Shown here: piece by piece, positions 10,254 through 20,149 of the stretch
How positions within the stretch are numbered: the stretch's first letter is position 1
How the letters are laid out: each line of letters starts with the position of its first letter
DNA from: a virus
Lineage: Duplodnaviria; Heunggongvirae; Uroviricota; Caudoviricetes
IMG/VR virus record: IMGVR_UViG_3300027797_000011
Reading direction: 5' to 3' (one strand)
Length of the DNA stretch: 64,000 bases
Notes under the pieces: generated by a model
What the model was told of the DNA's origin: nothing
What the model saw: only the letters and a program-made list of their open reading frames with translations
The model's database searches: none
Made by a program: the position numbers and the translations under genes

Positions 10254-10535
10254 CTGTTTGTCCTCTTACGCCATTCTAAACATATCACTGTGCGATTATA
10301 AACGTCCCCGGTCCATGTCCATCGCACACACTCCCACTCGGGCCATTTTTTAACATCTGGTTCTTTGGCTAGTGCAAATATTAAGATCCATTCAAACATA
10401 GTGTGTTAATATCTGTCCTTGTCATTGTACCAATCTTTAAACATGACTCCAAACACCATTAATAAAGGTATCATAGATAAAAAGAATATTAGGTCATTTG
10501 TGGTGATGATTATGTTGAAGTACATGACTTATCCT

Positions 10536-11150
10536 TTAATTTTTAGCGTAGTCTTCTCGTTCTTTCTTTTCACGAGCTTCGCGTTCTTTTTGTTGCTGCC
10601 GGATAAGTGCGTTGCGAGTTGCTACCTTTTGTTCATATATTCTTTTTTCTTCCATGGCTCCGTATACGCCAACACCACCCATAGCAACTGCAAATAAAAT
10701 AACTGCACCTGCAATAAAATACATACCAAAAATAAACATGTCTGCCATTTTCTTCTTATGCGCTAGTTGGCGTTCCGCTTCTTCACGCTCCGCTTCTGCA
10801 CGTTCTTTAAATAGTCTGGTACGCTCGGCAATCATCTGTTCCCAAATCTGTGGCTTGCCTAACTGCCAGAGAATCATATCTTTAAGATCACGCTCTGCTT
10901 GTCTTAGAGCATCACTGTGCATGGCAATCTGCAGAGCTTCATGCCCTAGCTCGGCATCAGTTTTACCAAGACGTTGCGCCTTGGCTTTTACCTTTGATCG
11001 CTCACGATGAATAGCATCTGAACTTTCAAAAAACTTACTAAATTGTCCTGCAAGACTATTGATGTCTTTGCCCAGTGCAACGGCTTGTTTAATATAACTT
11101 ACAGCAGATTGTGCGGCCGTAAATGCAAGTCCTATTGTAATTGGGTCCAC
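10536..11150 (-). CDS. coiled-coil protein with C-terminal TM anchor (204 aa)
   Basis: Starts MDPITIGLAFTAAQSAVSYI. C-terminal FIFGMYFIAGAVILFAVAMGGVGVYGA. Same architecture as 9471..10253. Confidence 0.6.
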   Translation of the reverse strand: MDPITIGLAFTAAQSAVSYIKQAVALGKDINSLAGQFSKFFESSDAIHRERSKVKAKAQRLGKTDAELGHEALQIAMHSDALRQAERDLKDMILWQLGKPQIWEQMIAERTRLFKERAEAEREEAERQLAHKKKMADMFIFGMYFIAGAVILFAVAMGGVGVYGAMEEKRIYEQKVATRNALIRQQQKEREAREKKEREDYAKN

Positions 11151-11163
11151 ACCGCTAGCTCCT

Positions 11164-11727
11164 TTAGAACCAGAGGTACAGACCGTTAAGACTCAATAAC
11201 AATCCAAATCCTGCTACTACAAAACTTCCCCAGAACATGGCCATGCTAACTGCTAAAATACTTGCTGATAGAACAACGATTGCTAGTTGATAAGCAGTCG
11301 ATGCATAACCAATCCATGGGCTAGACTTCTTGGCTTCTTCACGAACTGCTTCTAGTTCTTTTGCTTTAACAGCAAGTTCTTTCTTGTCTACATCCATGCG
11401 TTCTTTCTCAGCTTGGAATTCTGCTCTTAGTTTTGGATCAGTTGAGGTCTTTGCCGCAATTTCGTAGGTAACACCTCGACCTGCTTTGGCTTGATACTGT
11501 GCCCATGTGTTGTTAGCACCTAGTGTATTGTTTAATACTGTGCTACCTAACTTGCCGCCGTACCAGGCATTCACTGCCAACAACAAAGCAAAGATGGAGA
11601 TAACCATACCTGCTTTGTCTTTGATTTTGGCTTCACGCTCTGAACGTGAACCTACTGGATGCTTGACTGCATCTGCATCTTTAGGTTGTTTTGTAACTAA
11701 GTTTAATATTGAATCAATCATTGACAT
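11164..11727 (-). CDS. membrane protein with central coiled coil and C-terminal double TM (187 aa)
   Basis: Hydrophobic segments at residues 40-58 and 140-187; EKERMDVDKKELAVKAKELEAVREEAKK. Confidence 0.55.
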   Translation of the reverse strand: MSMIDSILNLVTKQPKDADAVKHPVGSRSEREAKIKDKAGMVISIFALLLAVNAWYGGKLGSTVLNNTLGANNTWAQYQAKAGRGVTYEIAAKTSTDPKLRAEFQAEKERMDVDKKELAVKAKELEAVREEAKKSSPWIGYASTAYQLAIVVLSASILAVSMAMFWGSFVVAGFGLLLSLNGLYLWF

Positions 11728-11883
11728 TGTTTACTCCTTACTTCCAGAAAAATAAAATAACTTTTAACTTGTCAATGTACTTTTGTAAGTACTTGGTTTG
11801 TATGTTCCTTGCAAAGTCGGGTTGAGGAAAATTCCATCCAACAAATGCTCCAACAAAAATCCAAAATAATGTTTCTAACATGT

Positions 11884-12507
11884 TTATACTCCTAATACAT
11901 GTAATACATGATTATAATGTTTAATACGATCTTCAAGGCCAATGGTACCGCCGTTGATACGCTTGGTCAATGTTACGATATCACCTTTGTCTGCCCATTG
12001 GTTAAGATTGTTTGCTTCCCAGAACCAGCAGGCGCTTTGTACAGCACCTTCGAATGTTGCTAAGAATTCTGAAACTTCTTCTGGAGTAATTTCAATGCTA
12101 TCTGCAAATGCTTGATAGTTGTTTTTTCCAGTTAGTTGTATTAATCCTCTTCCGCAGTAACGATAACCGTCACCGGACTCCTCTGGACCATTTCCCATTC
12201 TGTTGGCATAGACTCTGTTAGCAATCTTTTCTGGCTTTTGTGCGTATGCGGCAGCTAGCTCGTCTGTTGGGAAATATTTAGGAAAAACTTTACGTAGGCT
12301 TGCGGCCCTGTAATTTAAGTTTTCTTTAATTGCTCTGTATTCGCCACTCTCGTGAGCAGTTTGCGCCATAAAAGCCGCAACTCTCTCTGGCGTGTTAATA
12401 TCGTAATCGGGTAATGCTTGTGCTAAAGCCCCATGCCAGTGATCGATGTAAGGATTTCCCTTGATGATTTCTGCTAATTGAGCTTTAGATAGAATAAAGT
12501 CAGACAT
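11884..12507 (-). CDS. endolysin, glycoside hydrolase family 19 (chitinase-like lysozyme)
   Basis: CGRGLIQLTGKNNY motif plus HESG and conserved GH19 core. 207 aa. Confidence 0.8.
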   Translation of the reverse strand: MSDFILSKAQLAEIIKGNPYIDHWHGALAQALPDYDINTPERVAAFMAQTAHESGEYRAIKENLNYRAASLRKVFPKYFPTDELAAAYAQKPEKIANRVYANRMGNGPEESGDGYRYCGRGLIQLTGKNNYQAFADSIEITPEEVSEFLATFEGAVQSACWFWEANNLNQWADKGDIVTLTKRINGGTIGLEDRIKHYNHVLHVLGV

Positions 12508-12626
12508 TAAAAACCTCCTGTTTCTGTTAGTATTTAATGGATGACTTTTTAAGATTAAGTTGGTAGTTTACTTCTTAGGGTGTTTGCCGCCGCATAGCGG
12601 ACATTCTTCAATATGCATAATTTTTC

Positions 12627-12881
12627 TTAGACAGCACCGGCAATAGATATTAATCCATTTATAGCGGTATTTAATTTTGATAAGTTTTCTAATTCAGACA
12701 TACTTTGTTTAATATTAATCTTTCGTTGGATGTCTCTTAGTAACTCTGCATATTCTTGAGGACTTACATTTCCTTCTTTACACATTTCGGTTAATTCATT
12801 TATAGATTGTGCAGCCTGCATAAACTCAGGATCGTGGCTTTGTATACCTGATAACAGACTTTGATGATACTCTATACTCAT
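12627..12881 (-). CDS. hypothetical protein (84 aa)
   Basis: ORF track. Confidence 0.5.
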   Translation of the reverse strand: MSIEYHQSLLSGIQSHDPEFMQAAQSINELTEMCKEGNVSPQEYAELLRDIQRKINIKQSMSELENLSKLNTAINGLISIAGAV

Positions 12882-13291
12882 TTGGGTTTAGCTCCTATTG
12901 TTCTTTGCATTGTTTCTGCAGATGTTTCTATAGATTCAAACTTAATTTTACAAAATACAGCACTTACTTTATCATTTTTTTGATATTGATCTTTTAGCCC
13001 TTGTGCAATACCGTCAAGATTAACTGACGCTGTAATAACTTTACTATTATTAGGTAAATGTTCTACAAAGTTTTTAAATGCTAATGTCTTTTTAGAAATA
13101 ATTCCCGCCTGCTGTTTTGATTCGTCATGGTTGCTACAATTCTGTTTGGCATAGTAAGCACTAGTTCTAATGTCTGATATTTGATAATATTCGTTACTAT
13201 CGTATTTCATTAGGTATGCTTCTTTTAAATCTGCAAAAGATGCACATCCAGTTAGTGTTACTATCAATGACAATAATATTAATTTTTTCAT
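12878..13291 (-). CDS. lipoprotein (137 aa)
   Basis: Signal peptide with lipobox LTGC (MKKLILLSLIVTLTGCAS). Confidence 0.6.
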   Translation of the reverse strand: MKKLILLSLIVTLTGCASFADLKEAYLMKYDSNEYYQISDIRTSAYYAKQNCSNHDESKQQAGIISKKTLAFKNFVEHLPNNSKVITASVNLDGIAQGLKDQYQKNDKVSAVFCKIKFESIETSAETMQRTIGAKPK

Positions 13292-13572
13292 TTTACACTT
13301 TCAAATATTTCTTTTTGTGATTTGTACCATTCAATCCATCCTTCGGATTTAATTGCACATTGATGATACTGTCCATAATTATCAACCACTACACTAATTA
13401 CTTCGCTTAATTTAACTGTTTCGGGTACTTCTTTTAATTCTGGGCAGGATACCAATAGTTCTTCAGGTACGCTAGGAAAGTTTCTTTTTACAGGCGCTGT
13501 TGAAGAACATCCTGTAATTAAAAATGCAAGTATGATAAAAATTACAAGGACAAATAATTTAATTAATTTCAT
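13288..13572 (-). CDS. small lipoprotein, o-spanin (Rz1-like) candidate
   Basis: Lipobox ITGCSS; Pro-rich mature region with Cys. 4-nt overlap with the upstream TM/coiled-coil gene. Confidence 0.55.
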   Translation of the reverse strand: MKLIKLFVLVIFIILAFLITGCSSTAPVKRNFPSVPEELLVSCPELKEVPETVKLSEVISVVVDNYGQYHQCAIKSEGWIEWYKSQKEIFESVK

Positions 13573-14069
13573 TTGTTGACCTCTACTGAGGTTACTGGAC
13601 TTACTATAACTGTGCCTTTTCTTAATCTTGCCGCATCATTAAGTATTATAATTGCTTCGGGGGCAACCTTGCATTCTGCATCAATTATTTTCTCAACTTC
13701 TTTTATTCTATCTTGATATACTATTTGATATTCTTTAACTGTTTTAATTTTGTTAACTATTTTAGTTTTAATTACTGTATTAGTTTGTTGACTCTTTGCT
13801 TCAGCTTCTGCGATCTTTTGTTCCATTTCTGCAACTCGAGCTCTCCATTCTGCTTCGGTGCTGTATCCACCTTTAAAATATACCCCGCCGACAAGTAATA
13901 CTATGCTTAATATTTGTAGTAATAAATGTATTGGTGCAAGTTGTGGGAACCAACGCAATAAGCGATTCAAAAGAAAAAAGGATAGTAGAAATCCCACTAC
14001 CCCAGCAATCAGCATACCATGTATTACCCAGAGTAGCAAGCTATCTGGAATAAAATGCAACATCCACAT
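13569..14069 (-). CDS. N-terminal TM plus periplasmic coiled-coil protein, i-spanin (Rz-like) candidate
   Basis: Hydrophobic N-terminus of about 65 aa, then AEWRARVAEMEQKIAEAEAKSQQ coiled coil. Immediately upstream of and overlapping the lipoprotein gene. Confidence 0.5.
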   Translation of the reverse strand: MWMLHFIPDSLLLWVIHGMLIAGVVGFLLSFFLLNRLLRWFPQLAPIHLLLQILSIVLLVGGVYFKGGYSTEAEWRARVAEMEQKIAEAEAKSQQTNTVIKTKIVNKIKTVKEYQIVYQDRIKEVEKIIDAECKVAPEAIIILNDAARLRKGTVIVSPVTSVEVNK

Positions 14070-14070
14070 T

Positions 14071-14874
14071 TTACCAACCTTCCTTTTGCACTATGATTGC
14101 ATTATCTCCGTTCTTAATTAGAAACTTATTATCTAGTTTATGGATTTCGTAATTTCCTAAATATTTTTCAAGATAGACAGTTTGATTTCTACTGTTATCA
14201 TCTAATTGTATACCGCCCTGTATACTTTCTTTAATTGTATTATATTCACCTAGTGCTAGTAGTTTAAGATTTAAAGTTTCTGCATACGGTTTGTGAATTG
14301 CTAAGTTATTTGCTTCATCTATATCTGCGCTATCAATAGCACCTTGATTAAAAAACTCGGTAACTTTTTCCTGTTTTAAAGTTAACATTTTATTAGAGTA
14401 GTCAACTTCAGTTAATGGTAGTTGTTCTGAAAGAGCATGTTCGGTGGCATCGTATAAATTCATATCTTTGAAATATCTAAAATTCCACTCTTTACAATCA
14501 CACAATAATCCTACTCCGTTAAGTATTTCCATAATCTGTCTAGGTACATCTTGAGTTCTTTCAAGTTCAACAAACACGCTATACTGTCCGTCGCGTTCTT
14601 CGCCTGTACTCATATCAGCATCTAATGCAAACTGATAACCTTTTTCAATAAATTCCATTAGGTCGGTTGCAGGTAATTTTTCTTTAACTTTAAAAGACAT
14701 GACAACTACATCTTTGTCTTTGCCCATTTTACTTTTAAATTGATCAAGACTAAACGTAGGAGAAACCATATCAACGAGATCTCCAGACCTTAGACCTTCA
14801 AACAATTTAGGCTTGCTGTGCTGGTTCTTGTGTTGCGGTATCATCTGCTGGGATCTCCTGTTGAGGTTCTGCAT
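14071..14874 (-). CDS. hypothetical protein (267 aa)
   Basis: ORF track. Confidence 0.55.
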   Translation of the reverse strand: MQNLNRRSQQMIPQHKNQHSKPKLFEGLRSGDLVDMVSPTFSLDQFKSKMGKDKDVVVMSFKVKEKLPATDLMEFIEKGYQFALDADMSTGEERDGQYSVFVELERTQDVPRQIMEILNGVGLLCDCKEWNFRYFKDMNLYDATEHALSEQLPLTEVDYSNKMLTLKQEKVTEFFNQGAIDSADIDEANNLAIHKPYAETLNLKLLALGEYNTIKESIQGGIQLDDNSRNQTVYLEKYLGNYEIHKLDNKFLIKNGDNAIIVQKEGW

Positions 14875-15352
14875 CGGTCATTTGATCGTCTATGCCTTTG
14901 TATCTCATTAAGTCTGAATTGGCTGCGTTCTCTTTGTCAAGATAACCTTGGAAGATATCTTGCATTAATTTTGTTGGCATAGTAACTGTAACGATCCAAA
15001 CTGGATGTGCATCTATCTTGCCTTTCTTTGTGCCAGGACGGAAGTCGCTGGGGTCGTGTATCTTACGCGGAATTAGCACATGATCTTTTGCATAGCCTAC
15101 TTTACAACCATAATCAGTTAACCTGGCGCCGCCCATAGGATCTGGCATATTTTCATAGGGCCACATGAATTTACAAGCAACTGTATATCTGCTCATTTCT
15201 GGGCCGGTCACTAATTCGCCTTCTTCCCAATTAGGAAAAACATAGATATCCAATTCATCGAGAACTCTTTCAAAGTCTTTTAATACTTTAAAGGCGCTGT
15301 CGTTAACAGTTAGTGTTTCTAGATTTTTAATAACGTCGATTATATCGTGCAT
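14807..15352 (-). CDS. hypothetical protein (181 aa; true start may be internal)
   Basis: ORF track; overlaps the downstream ORF by 68 nt. Confidence 0.5.
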   Translation of the reverse strand: MHDIIDVIKNLETLTVNDSAFKVLKDFERVLDELDIYVFPNWEEGELVTGPEMSRYTVACKFMWPYENMPDPMGGARLTDYGCKVGYAKDHVLIPRKIHDPSDFRPGTKKGKIDAHPVWIVTVTMPTKLMQDIFQGYLDKENAANSDLMRYKGIDDQMTDAEPQQEIPADDTATQEPAQQA

Positions 15353-15475
15353 GAATAGTCTCTTAATGCATTATTTATGTTTTGATTCGCTGATACAAAA
15401 ACTCCCTATTTGAAAGCCTTTTTTCAAATTGGATGTAAATATTGTTGCAGGTCGTTCTTAAAAAAGGGGCATAAT

Positions 15476-16210
15476 TTGTCTAGAGTACGTAGAAAAGAAC
15501 GTGATCAACGTATTGATCAACGTGGCGAAAACTTAATTGAAATTAAACAATTTCAAAGAAAGAAGCCGCAAGTCCAAATAGTTCCAAGGAATCTTGCACA
15601 AGAAACCTATCTCGAACTGTTGAAAAATCCCAGAAAATACATAGTTTTTGCAATCGGGCCAGCTGGCACGGGTAAAACTATGCTGGGTGTACAGATGGCC
15701 ATTAAACTTTACCAGGAGGGAGTGATTAGCAAAATTATTATCACAAGGCCGGCTGTAAGTGTAGATGAAGAGCACGGGTTTTTACCCGGTACATTAAATC
15801 AAAAAATGGAGCCGTGGACAAGACCTATTATGGATGTATTTGAAGAATACTATCATCCAAAAGAAATTGCCGCAATGCTAGAAGATAATGTGATAGAAAT
15901 ATCGCCTCTTGCTTATATGCGTGGCCGCACTTTTAAAAATGCATTTGTTGTTGCAGACGAAATGCAAAACGCCACACCCTCACAGATGAAGATGTTATTA
16001 ACCAGACTAGGCAACAATAGTCGTATGGTAGTTACTGGAGACTTGAATCAAGCAGACCGACCTAGGGAAAACGGATTGCTAGAATTTTGCAATTTATACG
16101 GACAAGGAGGTGAGTATCGTATGATTGCCATGGCAAGGTTTGAAACAAGAGACGTTGAGCGTCACCCAGTTGTTAAGGAAGTTTTATCGATCTACAAGGA
16201 GTCCGAATAA
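15476..16210 (+). CDS. phoH: PhoH-like ATPase
   Basis: Walker A AIGPAGTGKT and the PhoH core. Probable TTG start at 15476 preceded by AAGGGG at 6-nt spacing; the track ORF extends further 5' to 15410. Confidence 0.85.
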   Translation: MSRVRRKERDQRIDQRGENLIEIKQFQRKKPQVQIVPRNLAQETYLELLKNPRKYIVFAIGPAGTGKTMLGVQMAIKLYQEGVISKIIITRPAVSVDEEHGFLPGTLNQKMEPWTRPIMDVFEEYYHPKEIAAMLEDNVIEISPLAYMRGRTFKNAFVVADEMQNATPSQMKMLLTRLGNNSRMVVTGDLNQADRPRENGLLEFCNLYGQGGEYRMIAMARFETRDVERHPVVKEVLSIYKESE

Positions 16211-16237
16211 CAACATAATACCTAACTAAACTCGAGA

Positions 16238-16290
16238 GAAACCGCGTAACAATCCGACCTGCATCAGAAATTGTTACGCGGTTTTGTTAT
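16238..16290. terminator. bidirectional rho-independent terminator between the convergent phoH and clamp-loader genes
   Basis: 13-bp inverted repeat ACCGCGTAACAAT...ATTGTTACGCGGT, with an A-run upstream and a T-run downstream. Confidence 0.65.
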
Positions 16291-17216
16291 TGTCCTCGAA
16301 CTAATCTTCCCAGTTTTACCAGTGTAGCAGATAAGTTAATTTCTGGATCTGCAATTAATCCGTGATCAACTAATCCTTGTTTGATGATTAATAGAGCACT
16401 ATCTTTTGTTTCTTCATCTGCGCCAAACAAATCTATATTATCGTACATCCAGCGGAACACGCCGCCGAGCTCTTCAGGTCTTGCACTCGAACATATCAAT
16501 TTACGAGCTTCTTGTAGCTTTTGTTTCTTAAACAATTCAACCATAGCAATTTTATAGTCTGCTTGTCCTGCATCACTGCTATTGGCCCCAATCAAAGATC
16601 CGTCTTGTACATTTTGTTGTACAAAATTAATACATTTACGTAGATCGGGATATGTTGTTTTAACATAAGTGTCGAGCGTGTCTAAATCAAACTCTACATT
16701 TTCTTCTACTAAAATTGTAGCAACACGAGCAGTAAACTCTGTTTGGTCAATGCTGGTAAAATGCATACTTTGGCATCGACTATGAATTGCTGGAATAATC
16801 TTATTAGGATGATTGCAGGTTAGTATGAATCTACTAGTACCTGAAAACTCTTCCATAACGCCACGCAGGGCCGCCTGTGCTTCTGGTGTTAGATAATCTG
16901 CCTCATCTAACAGTACAACCTTAAATGGACCAAACGGAATCATACTGACAAAGTTAGTAATACGTTCTTGTACTTCTTTAATACCACGTTCTCGACTTGC
17001 GTTCATTTCAAGAACATCATATTCTTCAATGCCAATTTCACCAATCAACATTTTAGCAAGGGTAGTTTTACCAATACCCGGACTGCCGCTTAACAACAGA
17101 TGCGGAATACTTTTGTCTTTAATCCACGTGGTAATTTGTTTTCTTTGATTTTCATCTCGAAATACATATTCGTTTGTTGTTTTCGGCCGATATTTTTCTA
17201 CCCATAATTCTATCAT
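16287..17216 (-). CDS. clamp-loader ATPase subunit (T4 gp44 / RFC small-subunit family)
   Basis: Walker A SGSPGIGKTT, Walker B LLDEADYL, and the SRC motif IHSRCQ. 309 aa. Confidence 0.85.
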   Translation of the reverse strand: MIELWVEKYRPKTTNEYVFRDENQRKQITTWIKDKSIPHLLLSGSPGIGKTTLAKMLIGEIGIEEYDVLEMNASRERGIKEVQERITNFVSMIPFGPFKVVLLDEADYLTPEAQAALRGVMEEFSGTSRFILTCNHPNKIIPAIHSRCQSMHFTSIDQTEFTARVATILVEENVEFDLDTLDTYVKTTYPDLRKCINFVQQNVQDGSLIGANSSDAGQADYKIAMVELFKKQKLQEARKLICSSARPEELGGVFRWMYDNIDLFGADEETKDSALLIIKQGLVDHGLIADPEINLSATLVKLGRLVRGQ

Positions 17217-17464
17217 TAAAATACCTCAATGCTTGTTACGTTAAAATGTTCTTTAATATGATCGGTAATTTTTTCTTTTGCACAATTAACTATGCCTAAA
17301 TCAAAAGTAGTATACGCACAATGTTGTGAATTTGCTATTTCTATTTGTTTTAGACATTCTACTATAACATCTTTTGCAAATGTTTCAAGTTTTTCGGCAC
17401 TAATCCATTTTCCACTGATGTCTGTTCCTACCGTATCTACTAGTGCTTTTACATTTTCATTCAT
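17216..17464 (-). CDS. hypothetical protein (82 aa), possibly clamp-loader associated
   Basis: ORF track; translationally coupled to the clamp-loader gene. Confidence 0.5.
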   Translation of the reverse strand: MNENVKALVDTVGTDISGKWISAEKLETFAKDVIVECLKQIEIANSQHCAYTTFDLGIVNCAKEKITDHIKEHFNVTSIEVF

Positions 17465-17823
17465 GCTTTCAACGCTTCCATTGTAATAATTTTATCAATT
17501 TCTCTGCCAAAGTCTTGGTCGGGTGTAATAATATACAGTCCTTCCATGTGACGATCTTTGCGTTGGTCGTATCGACGAGTTTGTACAACTCGTCCACCTG
17601 CGGCTTGATGTATTTCAAAGCGAACACTAGTTTCCCTAGACAGTTGAACGCTGTCTTCGTCTATACGAATTTCGTTAGGGGAAGAATCAGATCCATCATC
17701 AAATAACCATTCTTTAAATCTTTGTTTTAATGTTCTTTTCCTCATAAGTTTTTTTTCCAATCGTGCTACGTTCCTTGAACTTGACATTTTAGCGGTTGCG
17801 TGTACTTGTCCGTATTGACTCAT
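17461..17823 (-). CDS. hypothetical basic protein (120 aa)
   Basis: ORF track. Confidence 0.5.
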   Translation of the reverse strand: MSQYGQVHATAKMSSSRNVARLEKKLMRKRTLKQRFKEWLFDDGSDSSPNEIRIDEDSVQLSRETSVRFEIHQAAGGRVVQTRRYDQRKDRHMEGLYIITPDQDFGREIDKIITMEALKA

Positions 17824-18284
17824 TTCTTTTTTCCTTCTGCTTCTGCTACACGTTTACGCAAACTTGAACTACTAAAAGAATGATCTCGTCCATTATAAAC
17901 AATTTCAATTCCTCGACTAATACAGATTTGTTTACCTGTAAACTCTTTGTCTGCGTATTCTACACCTAATATTCTAACATCTACAGGTAGAATAAGCAAT
18001 AGGTCTTCTAGGTCTTTTTCAGTTTGATAAACAACAACTTCGTCCACATTACGATTTGTGCTTAGTTGAATTTGTCTTTCTACAATACTTTGGATTGGAG
18101 GATTTTTATTACCTGGGCGGTCAATAGTTGGGTCAGTTTGCAATGCGGCAATTAAGTAATCGCAGTGGTTCTTTGCTTCACTAAGCATAGCAACATGCCC
18201 AGCATGGAATAAATCAAATGTTGAAAATGTAATGCCTACTTTTTTACCTGACTCTTTTAATTCTTTTATTTTATTAAAAATCAT
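17820..18284 (-). CDS. cytidylyltransferase-family nucleotidyltransferase (TagD / RfaE domain II-like)
   Basis: HxGH signature TFDLFHAGH near the N-terminus. 154 aa. Confidence 0.75.
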   Translation of the reverse strand: MIFNKIKELKESGKKVGITFSTFDLFHAGHVAMLSEAKNHCDYLIAALQTDPTIDRPGNKNPPIQSIVERQIQLSTNRNVDEVVVYQTEKDLEDLLLILPVDVRILGVEYADKEFTGKQICISRGIEIVYNGRDHSFSSSSLRKRVAEAEGKKK

Positions 18285-18553
18285 ACGTAATCCTTGTACA
18301 TTTGTTTGGAACCAGCTTTGCCTAGTTCATGTACAAATATTTCATGTGTGCGTTGCATCATGGCACATGCCATCATTAGTAACTCTTCTCTGGTGTCACA
18401 CATCATAATTTGTTGTTCTACAGGAGCCATTAGTTCTTCCATACGCCTTGCCACTGCGTTTTTATCAATCATACCAATTCCTCGAGAATGCCCAATGCTT
18501 CGGCAAAAATTAATAAAAAGCCTGCAAAGAATATGTTGCCAATCATTAAACAA
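18281..18553 (-). CDS. hypothetical protein (90 aa)
   Basis: ORF track. Confidence 0.5.
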   Translation of the reverse strand: MFNDWQHILCRLFINFCRSIGHSRGIGMIDKNAVARRMEELMAPVEQQIMMCDTREELLMMACAMMQRTHEIFVHELGKAGSKQMYKDYV

Positions 18554-18640
18554 CCCCCTGCGCTAATCCGGATAACGCTTTTTATTAGGCTAATGTATAG
18601 GTGTTTTGTTGGGTCTGGTAATTTTGTTAAGTCTTTCATG

Positions 18641-18883
18641 TTAGTCCTTTTTGGATAGATATTTTATAACTTTCTTTTTATCGTGTTCTCGGAGCCATTC
18701 TTCTTCTGGAGCATACTTTGAACAACGATTTAATGCATCTTCTAAAATCCATTTTAGTCTATATAGGTCTTGTTTATATCCCCAACCTACAAAACCGTCG
18801 TTATAAGGACTGCACGATTCGTATGCGGCTGAATTGATCTGGCCGGCGATCGAGTTTATGTCAATTTTATATTTGTGTCCCAT
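18641..18883 (-). CDS. hypothetical protein (80 aa)
   Basis: ORF track. Confidence 0.5.
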   Translation of the reverse strand: MGHKYKIDINSIAGQINSAAYESCSPYNDGFVGWGYKQDLYRLKWILEDALNRCSKYAPEEEWLREHDKKKVIKYLSKKD

Positions 18884-18886
18884 ATA

Positions 18887-19351
18887 CTACACATAAATGA
18901 TTTCGTCAAATCCTTCTTCTTTAGTAGGTTCTTCGAAATTGTTAATCATAGACTGCACAACATCATCTGGTATAACTTTTCCAGGTCTGCTGTTCAATCG
19001 GCGCTGTAATTCTTCTTGTTCTGGAGTACGAAATACTACAGCAATCATTTTATAGTCGGGCAACATATTGAATTTGCGTTTACGACTTTGAATGGTAGTA
19101 CTAGTTTGATCCCAAATAATATCTTTGCCGGCGCTTCTAGCATCAATAACATCATTAATCATTTTAGTTAACGCGGCCTGCATTGAGTCGTTAAACACTT
19201 CTGAATAGGTTTTATTTTGGTTAGATGCTTCTTGGTCAACAAACTTATCAGTACTTACAAAGACTGTTGTATCCCAATCAGTTTTTCTATGTCCAACCCA
19301 CGTAGTTTTTCCGCTACCAGGGATGCCAACTAATATATAAGCAGTTGGCAT
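18887..19351 (-). CDS. P-loop kinase (AAA_33 / zeta-toxin-like nucleotide kinase fold)
   Basis: Walker A LVGIPGSGKTT at the N-terminus. 154 aa. Confidence 0.7.
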   Translation of the reverse strand: MPTAYILVGIPGSGKTTWVGHRKTDWDTTVFVSTDKFVDQEASNQNKTYSEVFNDSMQAALTKMINDVIDARSAGKDIIWDQTSTTIQSRKRKFNMLPDYKMIAVVFRTPEQEELQRRLNSRPGKVIPDDVVQSMINNFEEPTKEEGFDEIIYV

Positions 19352-19797
19352 TATAGATCTCCGTCTTTGCGATTTTCTGAATAAAAGGCATCAAACTCTC
19401 CACCCGGATATCGAGCTTTAAGTTTGTTAACATTTTCTGCAATAACATCATTGGGATCTAGATTTAAAGCACGGCATGCATTGATCCAATACCACATTAC
19501 ATCACCTAACTCTCTTTTCATATGAAAGAGATTTTCTTCAGTAAATGGTTTTCCTTGAAACAGTATCTTTTTAGGAATTTCAATAAATTCCCCTGCTTCG
19601 GCCGCAAGCCCGAGACATGCAGTAATTAACAACGGAACATTAGTATCGGGACCGTGTTCTCCTTCGCCAATATAATTCCCATCCACTTCATCCATACGGT
19701 TCATGAATGTGGTAAGGTCGTTGCTTTCTTTGCTGGTAACGGCTTCTACAAAATCTTTGTATTTGTTTAAATCAATTTGGTTGTGCATCGGATACAT
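19351..19797 (-). CDS. mazG: MazG-like nucleoside triphosphate pyrophosphohydrolase
   Basis: EAGE-type motif LAAEAGEF and ELGDVMWYW, characteristic of MazG. Confidence 0.8.
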   Translation of the reverse strand: MYPMHNQIDLNKYKDFVEAVTSKESNDLTTFMNRMDEVDGNYIGEGEHGPDTNVPLLITACLGLAAEAGEFIEIPKKILFQGKPFTEENLFHMKRELGDVMWYWINACRALNLDPNDVIAENVNKLKARYPGGEFDAFYSENRKDGDL

Positions 19798-20149
19798 TCA
19801 AGTTAAGGGCGCCAATTTTAACACGCATTGCATCGTCAGGCGCTTCATCGCTTACACACAGTATAGCATTATTATCGGCTAATCGTATATCTATAATTTC
19901 GCCGTTTTCGGCCTCGTACTTGTGTCCTCTACTCCAACGACCGTGTTCCATAAGAATCCATTGGCCCACTTCAACATCTGTTTGATCTGGTCCAATAGCA
20001 AACACTTTCCCCCAGCGAGGATGAATACCTGAACTTTTACCATCATCGCTCTGTAACAAAATACCGCTTTTTGTTTTATCCATGCCGAAATTCATATCAG
20101 AAATAAGTACCTTATTTCCTAACGGCCTGATAGTTCCTTTTACAGTCAT
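19772..20149 (-). CDS. GroES / T4 gp31-like co-chaperonin
   Basis: RPLGNKVLI start resembles GroES RPLHDRVIV. About 125 aa beta-barrel-type composition. Confidence 0.6.
   Translation of the reverse strand: MTVKGTIRPLGNKVLISDMNFGMDKTKSGILLQSDDGKSSGIHPRWGKVFAIGPDQTDVEVGQWILMEHGRWSRGHKYEAENGEIIDIRLADNNAILCVSDEAPDDAMRVKIGALNLNVSDAQPN

Noticed and set aside
17461-17823. T4 RegA translational repressor (positional guess downstream of clamp-loader genes)
   Set aside because: Size is similar (120 aa), but I see no recognisable sequence similarity by eye and gene order differs from T4 (it precedes rather than follows gp44). Left hypothetical.
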